From positions 1,161,837 through 1,225,836 of the forward strand of contig CAWGZD010000007.1 in assembly GCA_963827005.1 (NCBI GenBank): a stretch of 64,000 nt of DNA. Reading direction: 5' to 3'. Source of the stretch: an uncultured Acidobacteriaceae bacterium (GTDB taxonomy: Bacteria > Acidobacteriota > Terriglobia > Terriglobales > Acidobacteriaceae). Made by a program: the position numbers and the translations under genes. This document shows, piece after piece, positions 30,570 through 39,309 of this stretch. The notes under the pieces were generated by a model. The model did not search any database and had not been told where the DNA came from. It saw nothing but the letters and a program-made list of their open reading frames with translations. Position 1 is the first letter of the stretch. The number at the start of each line of letters is the position of its first letter.

Positions 30570-31857
30570 ATGGCTGCACCCCCGGCCCAACCCACGGTCC
30601 TCACCTTCGAAGAAGCCCGCCGCGTAGTCGAAGAACAAGCGTCCAGGACAACTCCGGGCGCCACCGAAAAGCTCGACCTGCTCCACGCCGCCGGACGAGT
30701 TCTCGCCGAGCCCATCACCGCCGACCGCGACATCCCTCCCTTCCCGCGCTCCACGCGCGATGGCTACGCCGTCCACGCAGCCGATCTGGCAACGCTCCCA
30801 GCCAAGCTACCTGTAATAGGAGAAATCAAAGCCGGGCCGCTGCAAGTCCCATCCCAGCTCAATCGCGGCCAAGCATTTTCCATCATGACCGGAGCGCCCG
30901 CACCGCAGGGCGCCGACGCCGTCGTAATGGTCGAATACACATCGCAAAAAGGCGATATCGTCGAAATCACGAGAGGCATCGCACCCGGCGAAAACATCGT
31001 CGCCCAGGCGGCCGAGGCCAAACGCGGCAGCCTGCTGCTCGCTCGCGGCACGCGCCTCAACGAAGCCGCCATAGCCCTCGCCGCCTCGGTCGGCAAATCA
31101 AGGTTGCAAGTGTTTGATCGTCCTCGCATCGCAGTGCTCGCCACCGGCGATGAGATCGTCGAGGTCGATCCTGCAATCGGCTCCACGCAGATTCGCAACT
31201 CCAACACCTACTCGCTCGCAGTGCAGATCCAGCAGGCCGGCGCCGAACCTGTTCTCTTGCCCATCGCCCCCGATGAACCCCGCAAGCTCCGCCAACTGAT
31301 CGAGCAAGGTCTGCAGTCGGACCTGCTGGTCATGACCGGCGGCGTCTCCATGGGACGCTACGACCTAGTCGAGCAGGTCCTCGCCGAAATGCAAGCCGAA
31401 TTCTTCTTCACCGGAGCAAAAATCCAACCCGGAAGGCCGGTAGTATTCGGCCAAGTCCCATGCGTAGCTGGCTCATGTGGCGCGGGCACTCCTGCCCGCG
31501 GGGCTCCGGCCCCCGCTTCGCAAATATTTCTTCGGCCTCCCCGGAAACCCAGTCTCTACCATGGTCACCTTCGAACTCTTCGTCAGACCCATGCTCGAGG
31601 CATTGTCTGGCGCGTCTCCGCGCCCGCTCACCTTCCTGCACGCCCGGGTCAAATCCGAGATCCGCGTCAAGCCCGGACTCACCCGCTTCCTCCCCGCAAT
31701 CCTCTCCGGCCAGTACGACCGTTCACGGGCCGAACTCGTCCCCTGGCAAGGCTCCGGCGACATCGCCGCCCGCACCCGCTCCAACTGCTACATAGTCATC
31801 CCCCCCGATCGCGAACACATCCCCGCCGGCGACTGGATCGCGGTCTTGCTGCGTTGA
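30570..31857 (+). CDS. moeA: molybdopterin molybdenumtransferase MoeA, one frameshift at about 31480-31525
   Basis: PFPRSTRDGYAV, IMTGAP.P.GADAVV, and TGGVSMGRYDLV in ORF 30552-31925. FGLPGNPVSTMVTFELFVRP and the C-terminal domain are in ORF 31477-31857. Confidence 0.85.
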
Positions 31858-31939
31858 TGCCAGCCCGGCCCTCCGTTCCAGAAACTGAGAACCGAGAACT
31901 GAGAACTGCTCAGCATCCCATGTAAGATAGAACTTCCGC

Positions 31940-32410
31940 ATGCCGAAGAAGCTATCCCATTACGATTCCGCCGGCCGCGCCCGCATGGTCGATGTCTCTG
32001 CCAAGCCCTCCACCAGGCGCGAAGCCGAGGCCAGCGCCTTTGTGCGCATGAGCCCCGCCGTTCTCAAAGCGCTCCCTCACAACCCCAAAGGTGATCCACT
32101 CGAAGTAGCCCGCATCGCCGGAATCATGGCCGCCAAGCGCACCGCCGATCTAATCCCCATGTGCCATCCCCTCCCTCTCACCCACGTTGCCGTCGAGATG
32201 CGCCTATGCGAAAATGGCGTCGCCATCACCACCAAAGTCGCCACCACCGCCGAAACCGGAGTCGAGATGGAAGCCCTAGTAGCCGCCAGCATTTCCGCCC
32301 TAACAATTTATGACATGGCGAAAGGGGTGGATAAGGCGATTGAGATTCGCGACATCGTTTTAGAGCGCAAGTCCGGCGGCAAGAGCGGAGAGTACCGGCG
32401 CGCGAAGTGA
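31940..32410 (+). CDS. moaC: cyclic pyranopterin monophosphate synthase MoaC
   Basis: RMVDVSAK..KGDPLEVARIAGIMAAKRTADLIPMCHPL..TGVEMEAL. Confidence 0.95.
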   Translation: MPKKLSHYDSAGRARMVDVSAKPSTRREAEASAFVRMSPAVLKALPHNPKGDPLEVARIAGIMAAKRTADLIPMCHPLPLTHVAVEMRLCENGVAITTKVATTAETGVEMEALVAASISALTIYDMAKGVDKAIEIRDIVLERKSGGKSGEYRRAK

Positions 32411-33267
32411 TTCCCATGGCCAACGACGTCAAACTACTTTTAGTCGACGACAATCCGATGGTGCTGAGCATGTTGCAGCACGCGCTGACTCCGTTCGCGA
32501 AAGTTGTGGCTGCGGGCGATGCTGCCGATGCTTTGCTGAAGGCGGTCGACGATCCTCCCGACCTCGTCGTCTGCGACTACCGCATGCCCGGCATGGATGG
32601 CCGCCAGCTGGTCGAACGCCTCAAGAGCCGGCCGGCTACGGCAAACTTTTCCGCGATCCTGATGGCGAGCCGCGTCGACATTGACGAGCGCCTTTCCCCT
32701 CAGGATGCCGCCGACGACTACCTCGCCAAACCGTTTTTCCTGAAAGAAGCCACGCGCCGCATCAAGCGCACGGTCGACCGCATCGCGCTCGAGAAGATGG
32801 CGAAGACCGCGCCTTCCGACGGCGTGGTTCGCGGCAATCTCTCGCAGATGAATGTGATTGACCTGATGCAGTCCCTCGAAATGGGACGCAAGAGCTGCCA
32901 GCTCAAACTCAACAACGAGGGCGACAAGTGCGAAGTCTTCTTTGTCGAGGGCCAGGTCAAGCATGCAACCTACGGATCTTCCACGGGAGATGAGGCCGTC
33001 TTCAAAGTCTTGCGCTGGACCGGCGGCAATTTTGAACTCAACTTCGAGGGCAAGACCGATCAGGAAACCACCAAGCTCAACACGCAGGGATTGCTGATGG
33101 AGGGCTTGCGTCTGCTCGACGAATCGCAGCGCGATAGTGGCGCGGAGCCCGTTGAGGAGGCCGCGACCGGCGCCAGCCCCGCTGCCAGCGCGGCCGGCGG
33201 CCCCACCCCCAGCTCCGGCGGCGGCGGCCGGAAAGAAGAGGAAGAAGATGTCCTCCTCGATAGCTGA
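32407..33267 (+). CDS. response regulator receiver + DUF4388 (PATAN-like) domain protein
   Basis: The receiver has LLLVDDN and [15 protein letters not shown] (phospho-acceptor D), ending in AKPF. The C-terminal [26 protein letters not shown]...[18 protein letters not shown] block is typical of DUF4388. The tail is low-complexity and acidic. Confidence 0.8.
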   Translation: MIPMANDVKLLLVDDNPMVLSMLQHALTPFAKVVAAGDAADALLKAVDDPPDLVVCDYRMPGMDGRQLVERLKSRPATANFSAILMASRVDIDERLSPQDAADDYLAKPFFLKEATRRIKRTVDRIALEKMAKTAPSDGVVRGNLSQMNVIDLMQSLEMGRKSCQLKLNNEGDKCEVFFVEGQVKHATYGSSTGDEAVFKVLRWTGGNFELNFEGKTDQETTKLNTQGLLMEGLRLLDESQRDSGAEPVEEAATGASPAASAAGGPTPSSGGGGRKEEEEDVLLDS

Positions 33268-33766
33268 CGGGGCCGGCGAAGAGCGCTCCACCCTTCTCAC
33301 CGCTGCAGTAGTAACCGTCAGCGATTCTTGCGCTCGCGGGGAGCGCGTTGATCTTTCCGGACCGGCAGTCGTCGAAATCCTAAAGAAATCCGGCTTTCAC
33401 GTCGCGGCCACCAGAATCGTCCCGGACGACAACATGCAGATTCAGAATGCGCTGGTTCATCTCGCCATCGAGGTGCGCCTGATCGTAACCACCGGTGGAA
33501 CCGGGATTGCGCCGCGCGATGTCACTCCCGAAGCGACCGAAGCGATCTGCGATCGTCTGATCGACGGCGTCGGCGAACGCATGCGGCTCGAAGGCGCAAA
33601 GAAAACTCCGTTCACCGCCTTGAGCCGCGCCGTGTGCGGCGTGCGGGAGAAGACTCTGATTCTGAATCTGCCCGGCAGCCCGAGCGGAGCGGTCGAATCG
33701 CTCGAAGCGGTGCTGGAATTAATTCCTCACGCGCTGGACTTGCTGGATGGGAAGACGGAACATTGA
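33248..33766 (+). CDS. mog: molybdopterin adenylyltransferase MogA/MoaB family
   Basis: VVTVSDS, then [20 protein letters not shown], then [23 protein letters not shown]. The ATG at 33248 lies 20 nt inside the preceding response-regulator gene. Confidence 0.85.
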   Translation: MSSSIADGAGEERSTLLTAAVVTVSDSCARGERVDLSGPAVVEILKKSGFHVAATRIVPDDNMQIQNALVHLAIEVRLIVTTGGTGIAPRDVTPEATEAICDRLIDGVGERMRLEGAKKTPFTALSRAVCGVREKTLILNLPGSPSGAVESLEAVLELIPHALDLLDGKTEH

Positions 33767-33842
33767 TAGGTGGCCAGGTAGCGCCATTCCCAAATTGACA
33801 ATGGTGAACACGCAATTTACAGACAGATACTCCAGTAAACTA

Positions 33843-33870
33843 TTGACACGAGGGAGCCAAGGGCTATTAT
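33843..33870 (+). promoter_or_regulatory. near-consensus sigma70-type promoter
   Basis: TTGACA (33843-33848), a 16-nt spacer, then TATTAT (33865-33870), about 45 nt upstream of ATG 33917. A second TTGACA lies at 33795. Confidence 0.4.
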
Positions 33871-33916
33871 CTGTGCTCGGGACTCCAAACATTCGGAGAA
33901 AGAAAGTGGTGTCGGC

Positions 33917-34123
33917 ATGGCGGATCGGAAACAATTTTTCGGTGAGATCACAACCAGTCCCGAACTGGTGAAAGCACTCGAGGAATCGCGCCATACGGTT
34001 GTAACGGAGGACGAGTTGCGCGAACAAAGAATCAGCTTTGCCTTCGGTAACGCCCCGGCTAATGCCAGAAATACTAAGGACAGCGTACGGCAGGCATCTG
34101 AGCACATACGCTTGCTGCCGTAG
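33917..34123 (+). CDS. small hypothetical protein (68 aa)
   Basis: ORF MADRKQFFGEITTSPELVKALEESRHTVVTEDELREQRISFAFGNAPANARNTKDSVRQASEHIRLLP sits in an AT-richer islet behind a strong promoter. I recognise no family. Confidence 0.45.
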   Translation: MADRKQFFGEITTSPELVKALEESRHTVVTEDELREQRISFAFGNAPANARNTKDSVRQASEHIRLLP

Positions 34124-34459
34124 GCCCTCTCGCGGTCCGTGATGCTCGGGCCGAGACTCCCCACCATGTCCGTTCGCGAAAAAGATAATCCCGCCCTCTA
34201 TACGAGAATCCAGGACCAGAATCTCCTCCGGCAGTATGACCTGAGCTGCTCAGGGGCCAACTCACGGACAAGTGAATCGGTTAGATCAGGACTTTAAATT
34301 CAGATCTCCGATTCATTGGCTTCCATAAGCAACGGGACCACTGTCAAGAGGCACAAATCACCCAATCGGGTTATGTGAGTGCAAGCAAAGGAAATATAAA
34401 TCTGTGTTTGCATAGAATATTGTGCAGTTTGGCCTATAGCAATATGATATAATGGTCTT

Positions 34460-34519
34460 AGCGAATTGAGAAATCGATTCGAACAAGGCGTGGCCCACGG
34501 GCCGCGCCTTTTGTGTTTC
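34460..34519 (+). ncRNA. candidate small RNA (extended -10 promoter + intrinsic terminator about 60 nt apart)
   Basis: TGATATAAT (34445-34453). The downstream hairpin CGAAT..ATTCG comes first. Then GGCGTGGCCC-acg-GGGCCGCGCC (34487-34509) is followed by TTTTGTGTTT. Confidence 0.25.
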
Positions 34520-34572
34520 TAGGGAGGGTCTGAGAGTGGCGGGTCCGGGTTCAGGGCCTCCCCTTTTGGACT

Positions 34573-34663
34573 GTCATCCCGAGCGAGGGACCTTGGTTTT
34601 TGCCTGCGACGGCTGTGGTGCTGCAGGCGGACACCAAGGTCCTTCGCTTTGCTCGGGATGACA
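34573..34663. repeat. REP-like inverted repeat pair (GTCATCCCGAGC...GCTCGGGATGAC)
   Basis: gtcatcccgagcgagggaccttggt ... accaaggtccttcgctttgctcgggatgaca gives about 25-bp arms. A related solo half is at 35397-35428. Confidence 0.7.
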
Positions 34664-34665
34664 AT

Positions 34666-34775
34666 CCGGTCGGAAGCACAGTTCGGTTCGGGAAGACAGT
34701 TCGGCTCAGGAGGACAGTTCCGGTTCGGAAGCACAGTTCGGCTCGGGAGGAAAGTTCGGTTTGGGATGAAATGCA
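34666..34775 (+). repeat. six tandem 18-19-nt repeats (consensus CGGYTCGGRAGVACAGTT)
   Basis: ccggtcggaagcacagtt / cggttcgggaagacagtt / cggctcaggaggacagttc / cggttcggaagcacagtt / cggctcgggaggaaagtt / cggtttgggatgaaatgc. The array sits directly upstream of the endonuclease gene. Confidence 0.75.
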
Positions 34776-34797
34776 GGCAGCACTTTAGGAGAAAACT

Positions 34798-35328
34798 ATG
34801 AGGCGGCAGGGTAAGAGGGTGTTTGCAAATTACAAGCGGCGGGGGGAATGGGTGGAGTTGCTGTTTATGACGGTGGCTTCTGGGCTGGGGCTTAACGTGG
34901 CGAAACCCTGGGGAGATTCGGCTAGCTACGATGTGGTGGTGGAGAAGGATGGGAGGTTTCTGCGGGTGCAGGTGAAATCCACGGAGAATTGGGTGGCCGG
35001 GTGTTACCTGTGCCAGATCCACGGCTTTGGAGGTCGGCTGTATACGGCGAAGGAGATTGATTATTTCGCGGTTTACGTTTTGCCGGATGACGTGTGGTAC
35101 ATCTTTCCGGCGAGAACGCTGGCAGGGATGCAGGCTGTGGGGCTGACGCCGCATCGGGCGACAGCCAAATATCGCATGTACAAGGAAAACTGGTGGCTGC
35201 TGACGCGGCACCACTTTCGCCGCGGAACGAGGACGGTGACGCCGAGTCAGGACCAGCGGCCGAGCTCGATCAACAAGCTGAGCGGGAGGATTGCCAAGCG
35301 GCTGAGAGGAGCTGAGGAGCGGCTGTGA
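34798..35328 (+). CDS. PD-(D/E)XK endonuclease family protein (group I intron-associated-type, PF11645-like)
   Basis: KRRGEWVELLFMTVASGLGLNVAKPWGDSASYDVVVEKDGRFLRVQVKST gives the E...D...(V)Q-V-K arrangement of the PD-(D/E)XK core. The RBS is AGGAGAAAACT-ATG. Confidence 0.65.
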   Translation: MRRQGKRVFANYKRRGEWVELLFMTVASGLGLNVAKPWGDSASYDVVVEKDGRFLRVQVKSTENWVAGCYLCQIHGFGGRLYTAKEIDYFAVYVLPDDVWYIFPARTLAGMQAVGLTPHRATAKYRMYKENWWLLTRHHFRRGTRTVTPSQDQRPSSINKLSGRIAKRLRGAEERL

Positions 35329-35508
35329 TTTCGGCTGGTGGGCGGGGAGCGATTGGGCTCCCCGCTTAGGCTCGGATGCGGGGCGCTGCGGGCAGGCACC
35401 AGGGTCCTTCGCTTCGCTCAGGATGACAAGGCTTCTTAGGTGCGCCCCTCTATTCGGGACGACAAACATTTGTCCGCGGCGGAGCTTTATCCAGGCGTTA
35501 CTTCTGCT

Positions 35509-35784
35509 TTATTTCTGTGTTGGGGGCACGTATTCCTTGGGGACGGCGGAGCCTTCGCCGAAGAAGAACTGGTCCAACTGCTTGACGATCACTTCCTGAT
35601 CTTCGCGGCGGGCGGGGTTCAGGCGGTATTCATTGAGCAGCATTTTGCAGTGTTCGGTCCACATCCTCCAGGCTTCCTGGGATACGTTGTCGTAAACTTT
35701 GCGTCCCAGATCGTTGTCGAAGGGAGGTTCGTCGAGCCCGGGCAGTTCCCTCTTCAATTTCACGCAAAAAACGGTGTGCGCCAT
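35509..35784 (-). CDS. yggX: oxidative-damage protection / Fe(2+)-trafficking protein YggX
   Basis: MAHTVFCVKLKRELPGLDEPPFDNDLGRKVYDNVSQEAWRMWTEHCKMLLNEYRLN (91 aa). The longer ORF to 35970 only reads through the heptamer repeat. Confidence 0.85.
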   Translation of the reverse strand: MAHTVFCVKLKRELPGLDEPPFDNDLGRKVYDNVSQEAWRMWTEHCKMLLNEYRLNPARREDQEVIVKQLDQFFFGEGSAVPKEYVPPTQK

Positions 35785-35836
35785 ACCACTTCCTTCGGTC
35801 AGGTATTTGTCTCTCTGCAGATTATTACACGGGCTG

Positions 35837-35998
35837 TCGGGCTTCGGCTTTCGGGCTCCGGGCTTCCGGCTTCGGGCTTCCGGCTCCGGGCTTCCGGCTC
35901 CGGGCTTCCGGCTCCGGGCTTCCGGCTTCCGGCTTCGGGCTTCCGGCTTCCGGCTTCCGGCTTCCGGCAAAAGATATTCGACCGGAAGCCGGAAGCCG
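35837..35998. repeat. heptanucleotide microsatellite, 19 x YCSGGCT, closed by an inverted 2.5-unit arm
   Basis: 35837-35968 parses exactly into 19 heptamers (tcgggct/tccggct/ccgggct). Then comes the loop aaaagatattcga, then ccggaagccggaagccg (35982-35998), which gives a 14-bp hairpin with the last units. Confidence 0.9.
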
Positions 35999-36052
35999 TT
36001 AGCATCGGACGCCGACTAAAGCTTGCCCGAGGCCCGCAAGCCGCGAGCCGGC

Positions 36053-36935
36053 CTACTTCTTCTCCTGATCCTTACCCTTGTCTGCGTCCTTGGTCTTGTC
36101 TTCGATGGAGAGCAGTTCGACTTCGAAGATAAGCGTAGAGCCGGGCGCAATACCGGGGCGGCCGGGATCGCCATAGGCAAGATCGGAGGGAATGACGAGC
36201 TGCCACTTCGAGCCGACGGGCATGAGTTGCAGAGCCTCGGTCCATCCTTTGATGACGCCGGTCACCGGAAAGGTCGCAGGCTGGCCGCGTTTGTAAGAGC
36301 TGTCAAACTCTTCGCCGTTGATGAGCGTGCCGCGATAGTTGCAGACCACGGAGTCGGTGGCCGCCGGCTTCGGTCCGGTACCGGCCGTCAGAATCTTGTA
36401 TTGCAAGCCGCTGGGCAGCGTAACGACACCATCTTTAGTTTTGTTGCTGGCCAGATAAGTCTTCTCCATCTTTCTTGTTGGCTGCGGCGATTTTCTTGTT
36501 GGCTTCCTCGGCCTCTTGAGCCTTCGCCTGCTGTTGCTCACGCACCTGCTTGCCCACTTCTGTGAGCACGGCCTGGGCTTCAGCGTCGGTGAGTAGAGGC
36601 TTGGCGCCCGTCAGGCCGTCTTTCATGCCACGAACCAGCAGGGCGGAATCGAAGGGAACCGACTGCTTGGTAAGCCCTTCAGACATCCTCTTGCCGGTGT
36701 TCATGCCGAGCGCGTAGCTGAATTTTTCCTTTTGGGTTTTGAGAGTCAAGGGAACTGGAGCCTTTGCCGCCGTGGCGGTGTGCGGCTTGGTCGCAGGCGT
36801 CTGCGCCTTGGGCGCCGTCGTGGAAGATGGAGTAGCTGGTTGCGTGGCTGTCGGCGGAGTCTGCTGTGCCAGGGCATTCCCCAGCAGCATTGCAGCCGCT
36901 AATATGTTTACCGCTGAAGTGAAGAATTTATGCAT
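36053..36935 (-). CDS. fkpA: FKBP-type peptidyl-prolyl isomerase with FkpA-like N-terminal domain, one frameshift near 36480
   Basis: Signal peptide MHKFFTSAVNILAAAMLLGNALAQ, FKBP_N-like FSYALGMNTG, and a C-terminal LPSGLQYKILTAGTG..YRGTLINGEEFDSSY..VIKGWTEALQLMPVGSKWQLVIPSDLAYG. Confidence 0.8.
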
Positions 36936-36993
36936 GTAGACATTGTCCCATTGGCAGCAGATCTCCGCAAACCGGGGTAGCCGGGAGTAGAGG

Positions 36994-37115
36994 TGCAGTT
37001 TGATAAGGAAGCGAGCCAGACGCGCTATTAATGTGTCGCAAAGAGCGCGACACATCGCGCGGCTCGCCCGGATCCTTCGCTGCGCAAAAAACGCTTGCTC
37101 AGGATGACAATCAAA
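36994..37115 (+). repeat. 122-nt dispersed element, copy A
   Basis: tgcagtttgataaggaagcgagcc..tgtgtcgcaaagagcgcgacaca..ggatccttcgctgcgcaaaaaacgcttgctcaggatgacaatcaaa. It is near-identical in architecture to 50028-50149. Confidence 0.8.
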
Positions 37116-37167
37116 TTGGAATAGCCAGGGCCGGCATCTGGGAGACGCCGGCCCGCGACTCCATCAT

Positions 37168-38426
37168 CTAACGTTGAATTTCGAACACTGCGCCGCAACC
37201 CCCAATGCAGTTGGGATTGGAACCGCCGCCGCCACTCTCCGCGGCGCCGTAAAGATTGCCGGCGCCATCGATGACCAGGCCGGGGACGGGCAGAGACCCG
37301 TTTCCGTCTTTGGAGTCGAAGTTATAGAGAATGCGTTCCTGCCAGACGCCGCCTGCAGCCGGGACCAGCGAGAAGACGGTTCCCTGTCCACGAGCCCCGC
37401 CGCTCGGCGTGGTGCCATATAGATTGCCGGAGGAGCCGAAGATCAGGTTGGTGGAAGGATTGATGCCGTCCCTGCCATTGGAAGTGAATTGATGCAGAAT
37501 CTTCTCTTTCCAGGCGCCGCTCGGGGTTGGGGTCAACTCGAAGACGTTGCCCGTGTTGCCCGGACCGCCCTGGCTGGCCGTGCCGTAGAGATTGCCGTTG
37601 GAGTCGAAGATCAGGGTGCCGTAAGGATTTGCGCCGTCGGTGTTGTTGAAGCTGCGCAGCAATTTCACCGTCCACTTGCCGCCGGATGGAGTCAACTCGA
37701 AGACCGTTCCGCAGCCGTCGGTGCAGGCGGAAGATCCGCCACCGGAGGCCGTGGTGCCGTAGAGATTGCCGGCGGCATCGAAAATCAGGCTCGAGAACGG
37801 ATTCTGGCCGTCGGCGCCGCGGAAGCTGTGCAGCACTTTCTCGGTCCAACCTCCACCAGTGGCGGGAGACAATTCGTAGACTGTGCCGTCGCCGGCAGCG
37901 CCGCCACTGCCCGTGGTGCCGTAGAGATTACCGGACGAGTCCATCATCAGGTGAGCGTGGGGATAGGTTCCGTCTCCGCCGTTGGGGCCGAAGCTGTGCA
38001 GCGTTCTCTCGATCCACTTGCCGCCGGTGGTGGGGCTTAGCTCGTAGACGGTGCCATCGCCGAAAGCGCCGCCGAAAAAGGTTGTGCCGTAAAGATTGCC
38101 GGCGGTGTCAAAGATCAGACTGCTGTTGGGAAAGAACGGGCTGGGGCCGTTGCCGGTGAAGCTGTAGAGACTGTCTCTACCCAGCCGCCCGATCCAGGAG
38201 AGAGTTCGAACACCATACCGTTACCTTCGGCGCCGCCGTAGAACGTGGTGCCATAAAGATTTCCCGAACCATCGATGGTCACGCCCGCAATGGGCTGGTC
38301 GCCGTTGTCGTAGTTGAAACTAAGCAGTAGAGTTTCTTGTGCAGACACAGTCCCCTTCATGGAGAGCACCACCGTAAGCATCGCGACCATCGCGGTAAAG
38401 CCAACGAATAGTCTTTTGCGTCGCAT
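37168..38426 (-). CDS. secreted GloVer (Gloeo_Verruco) tandem-repeat protein, about 2 frameshifts
   Basis: MRRKRLFVGFTAMVAMLTVVLS signal, then about 9 repeats of the type G-NLYGTT..GG..G.GTVFEL (e.g. GNLYGTTGSGGAAGDGTVYEL). Pieces are 38115-38693 (part) and 37168-37947. Confidence 0.7.
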
Positions 38427-38596
38427 GAACGAATCCTCCCTGGCATAGCCAGAACTTCTGCTTCGACCTAAAAAAAGCAGCCGATTGTACCACGGAGGTC
38501 GAGCGCAGCCGGCTTTAGCGTGCGCTATCGAAACCCGCGCTTGGCGGCTGTCCCGCCCACGCTCGATGCTGCGGAAACACGGAGGGAAGAAACGGT

Positions 38597-38672
38597 TGGT
38601 GGGCCCGCCAGGATTCGAACCTGGGACCAATGGATTATGAGTCCACGGCTCTAACCGCTGAGCTACGGGCCC
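38597..38672 (-). tRNA. tRNA-Met (CAT anticodon; elongator-type or lysidine-modified Ile2 not distinguishable), CCA encoded
   Basis: The reverse complement is GGGCCCGTAGCTCAGCGGTTAGAGCCGTGGACTCATAATCCATTGGTCCCAGGTTCGAATCCTGGCGGGCCCACCA. It forms a cloverleaf with a paired 1-72 and a GTTCGAATC T-loop. Confidence 0.9.
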
Positions 38673-38772
38673 GGAGTTGTTGCTTTGGGACATTCTACAG
38701 GAGTGCGCGGAGTGCCACGGGTGGAGGTTATCGTTTATGCTTTCGGTAGAGACTTGGTTTGAAAGGAGTGTT

Positions 38773-39309
38773 ATGAAAACTTTGTCGATCTTATTTGTGA
38801 CGATGGTGTTGGCGGTGGTTTCTGGGGTGGCGGCGGATCAGGCTCAGCCTCCGGCTGCCGGGAGTCAGGCGCCTGGTTTTACTTTGCCCAACCAGGAAGG
38901 TGCGCAGGTTTCGCTGGATCAGTTCAAGGGGAAGTGGGTGGTGCTTTATTTTTATCCCAAGGACTTCACGTCGGGCTGCACGATTGAGGCTCACAACTTC
39001 CAGCGCGACCTGGATAAATACACGCAGAAGAATGCGGTGATTGTGGGCGTGAGCGTGGACGGCGTGGATTCTCATAAAGGGTTCTGCACCAAAGAAGGAT
39101 TGAACTTCAAGCTGCTCTCGGATACAGGCCACGTCGTGGTGCAGGAGTACGGCTCGGTCATGGACCACGACGGGACGACGATGGCGGCACGCAATACTTT
39201 CGTGATCGATCCGGCGGGCGTGATCCGAAAGGTGTACGTCAAGGTGAGTCCGCAGGGTCACAGCGAAGAAGTGCTGGCTGATCTGCAGACGTTGCAAGCG
39301 GCGAAGTGA
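38773..39309 (+). CDS. bcp: thioredoxin-dependent peroxiredoxin (Bcp/PrxQ type) with signal peptide
   Basis: RBS GAAAGGAG. APGFTLPNQEGAQVSLDQFKGKWVVLYFYPKDFTSGCT contains the peroxidatic Cys motif. Confidence 0.85.
   Translation: MKTLSILFVTMVLAVVSGVAADQAQPPAAGSQAPGFTLPNQEGAQVSLDQFKGKWVVLYFYPKDFTSGCTIEAHNFQRDLDKYTQKNAVIVGVSVDGVDSHKGFCTKEGLNFKLLSDTGHVVVQEYGSVMDHDGTTMAARNTFVIDPAGVIRKVYVKVSPQGHSEEVLADLQTLQAAK

Noticed and set aside
35785-35970. N-terminal extension of yggX (MPEAGSRKPEARSRKPEARSRK...)
   Set aside because: It is a translation of the heptamer microsatellite. The conserved YggX sequence starts at the internal ATG (35784) with its own GAAGGAAG RBS.
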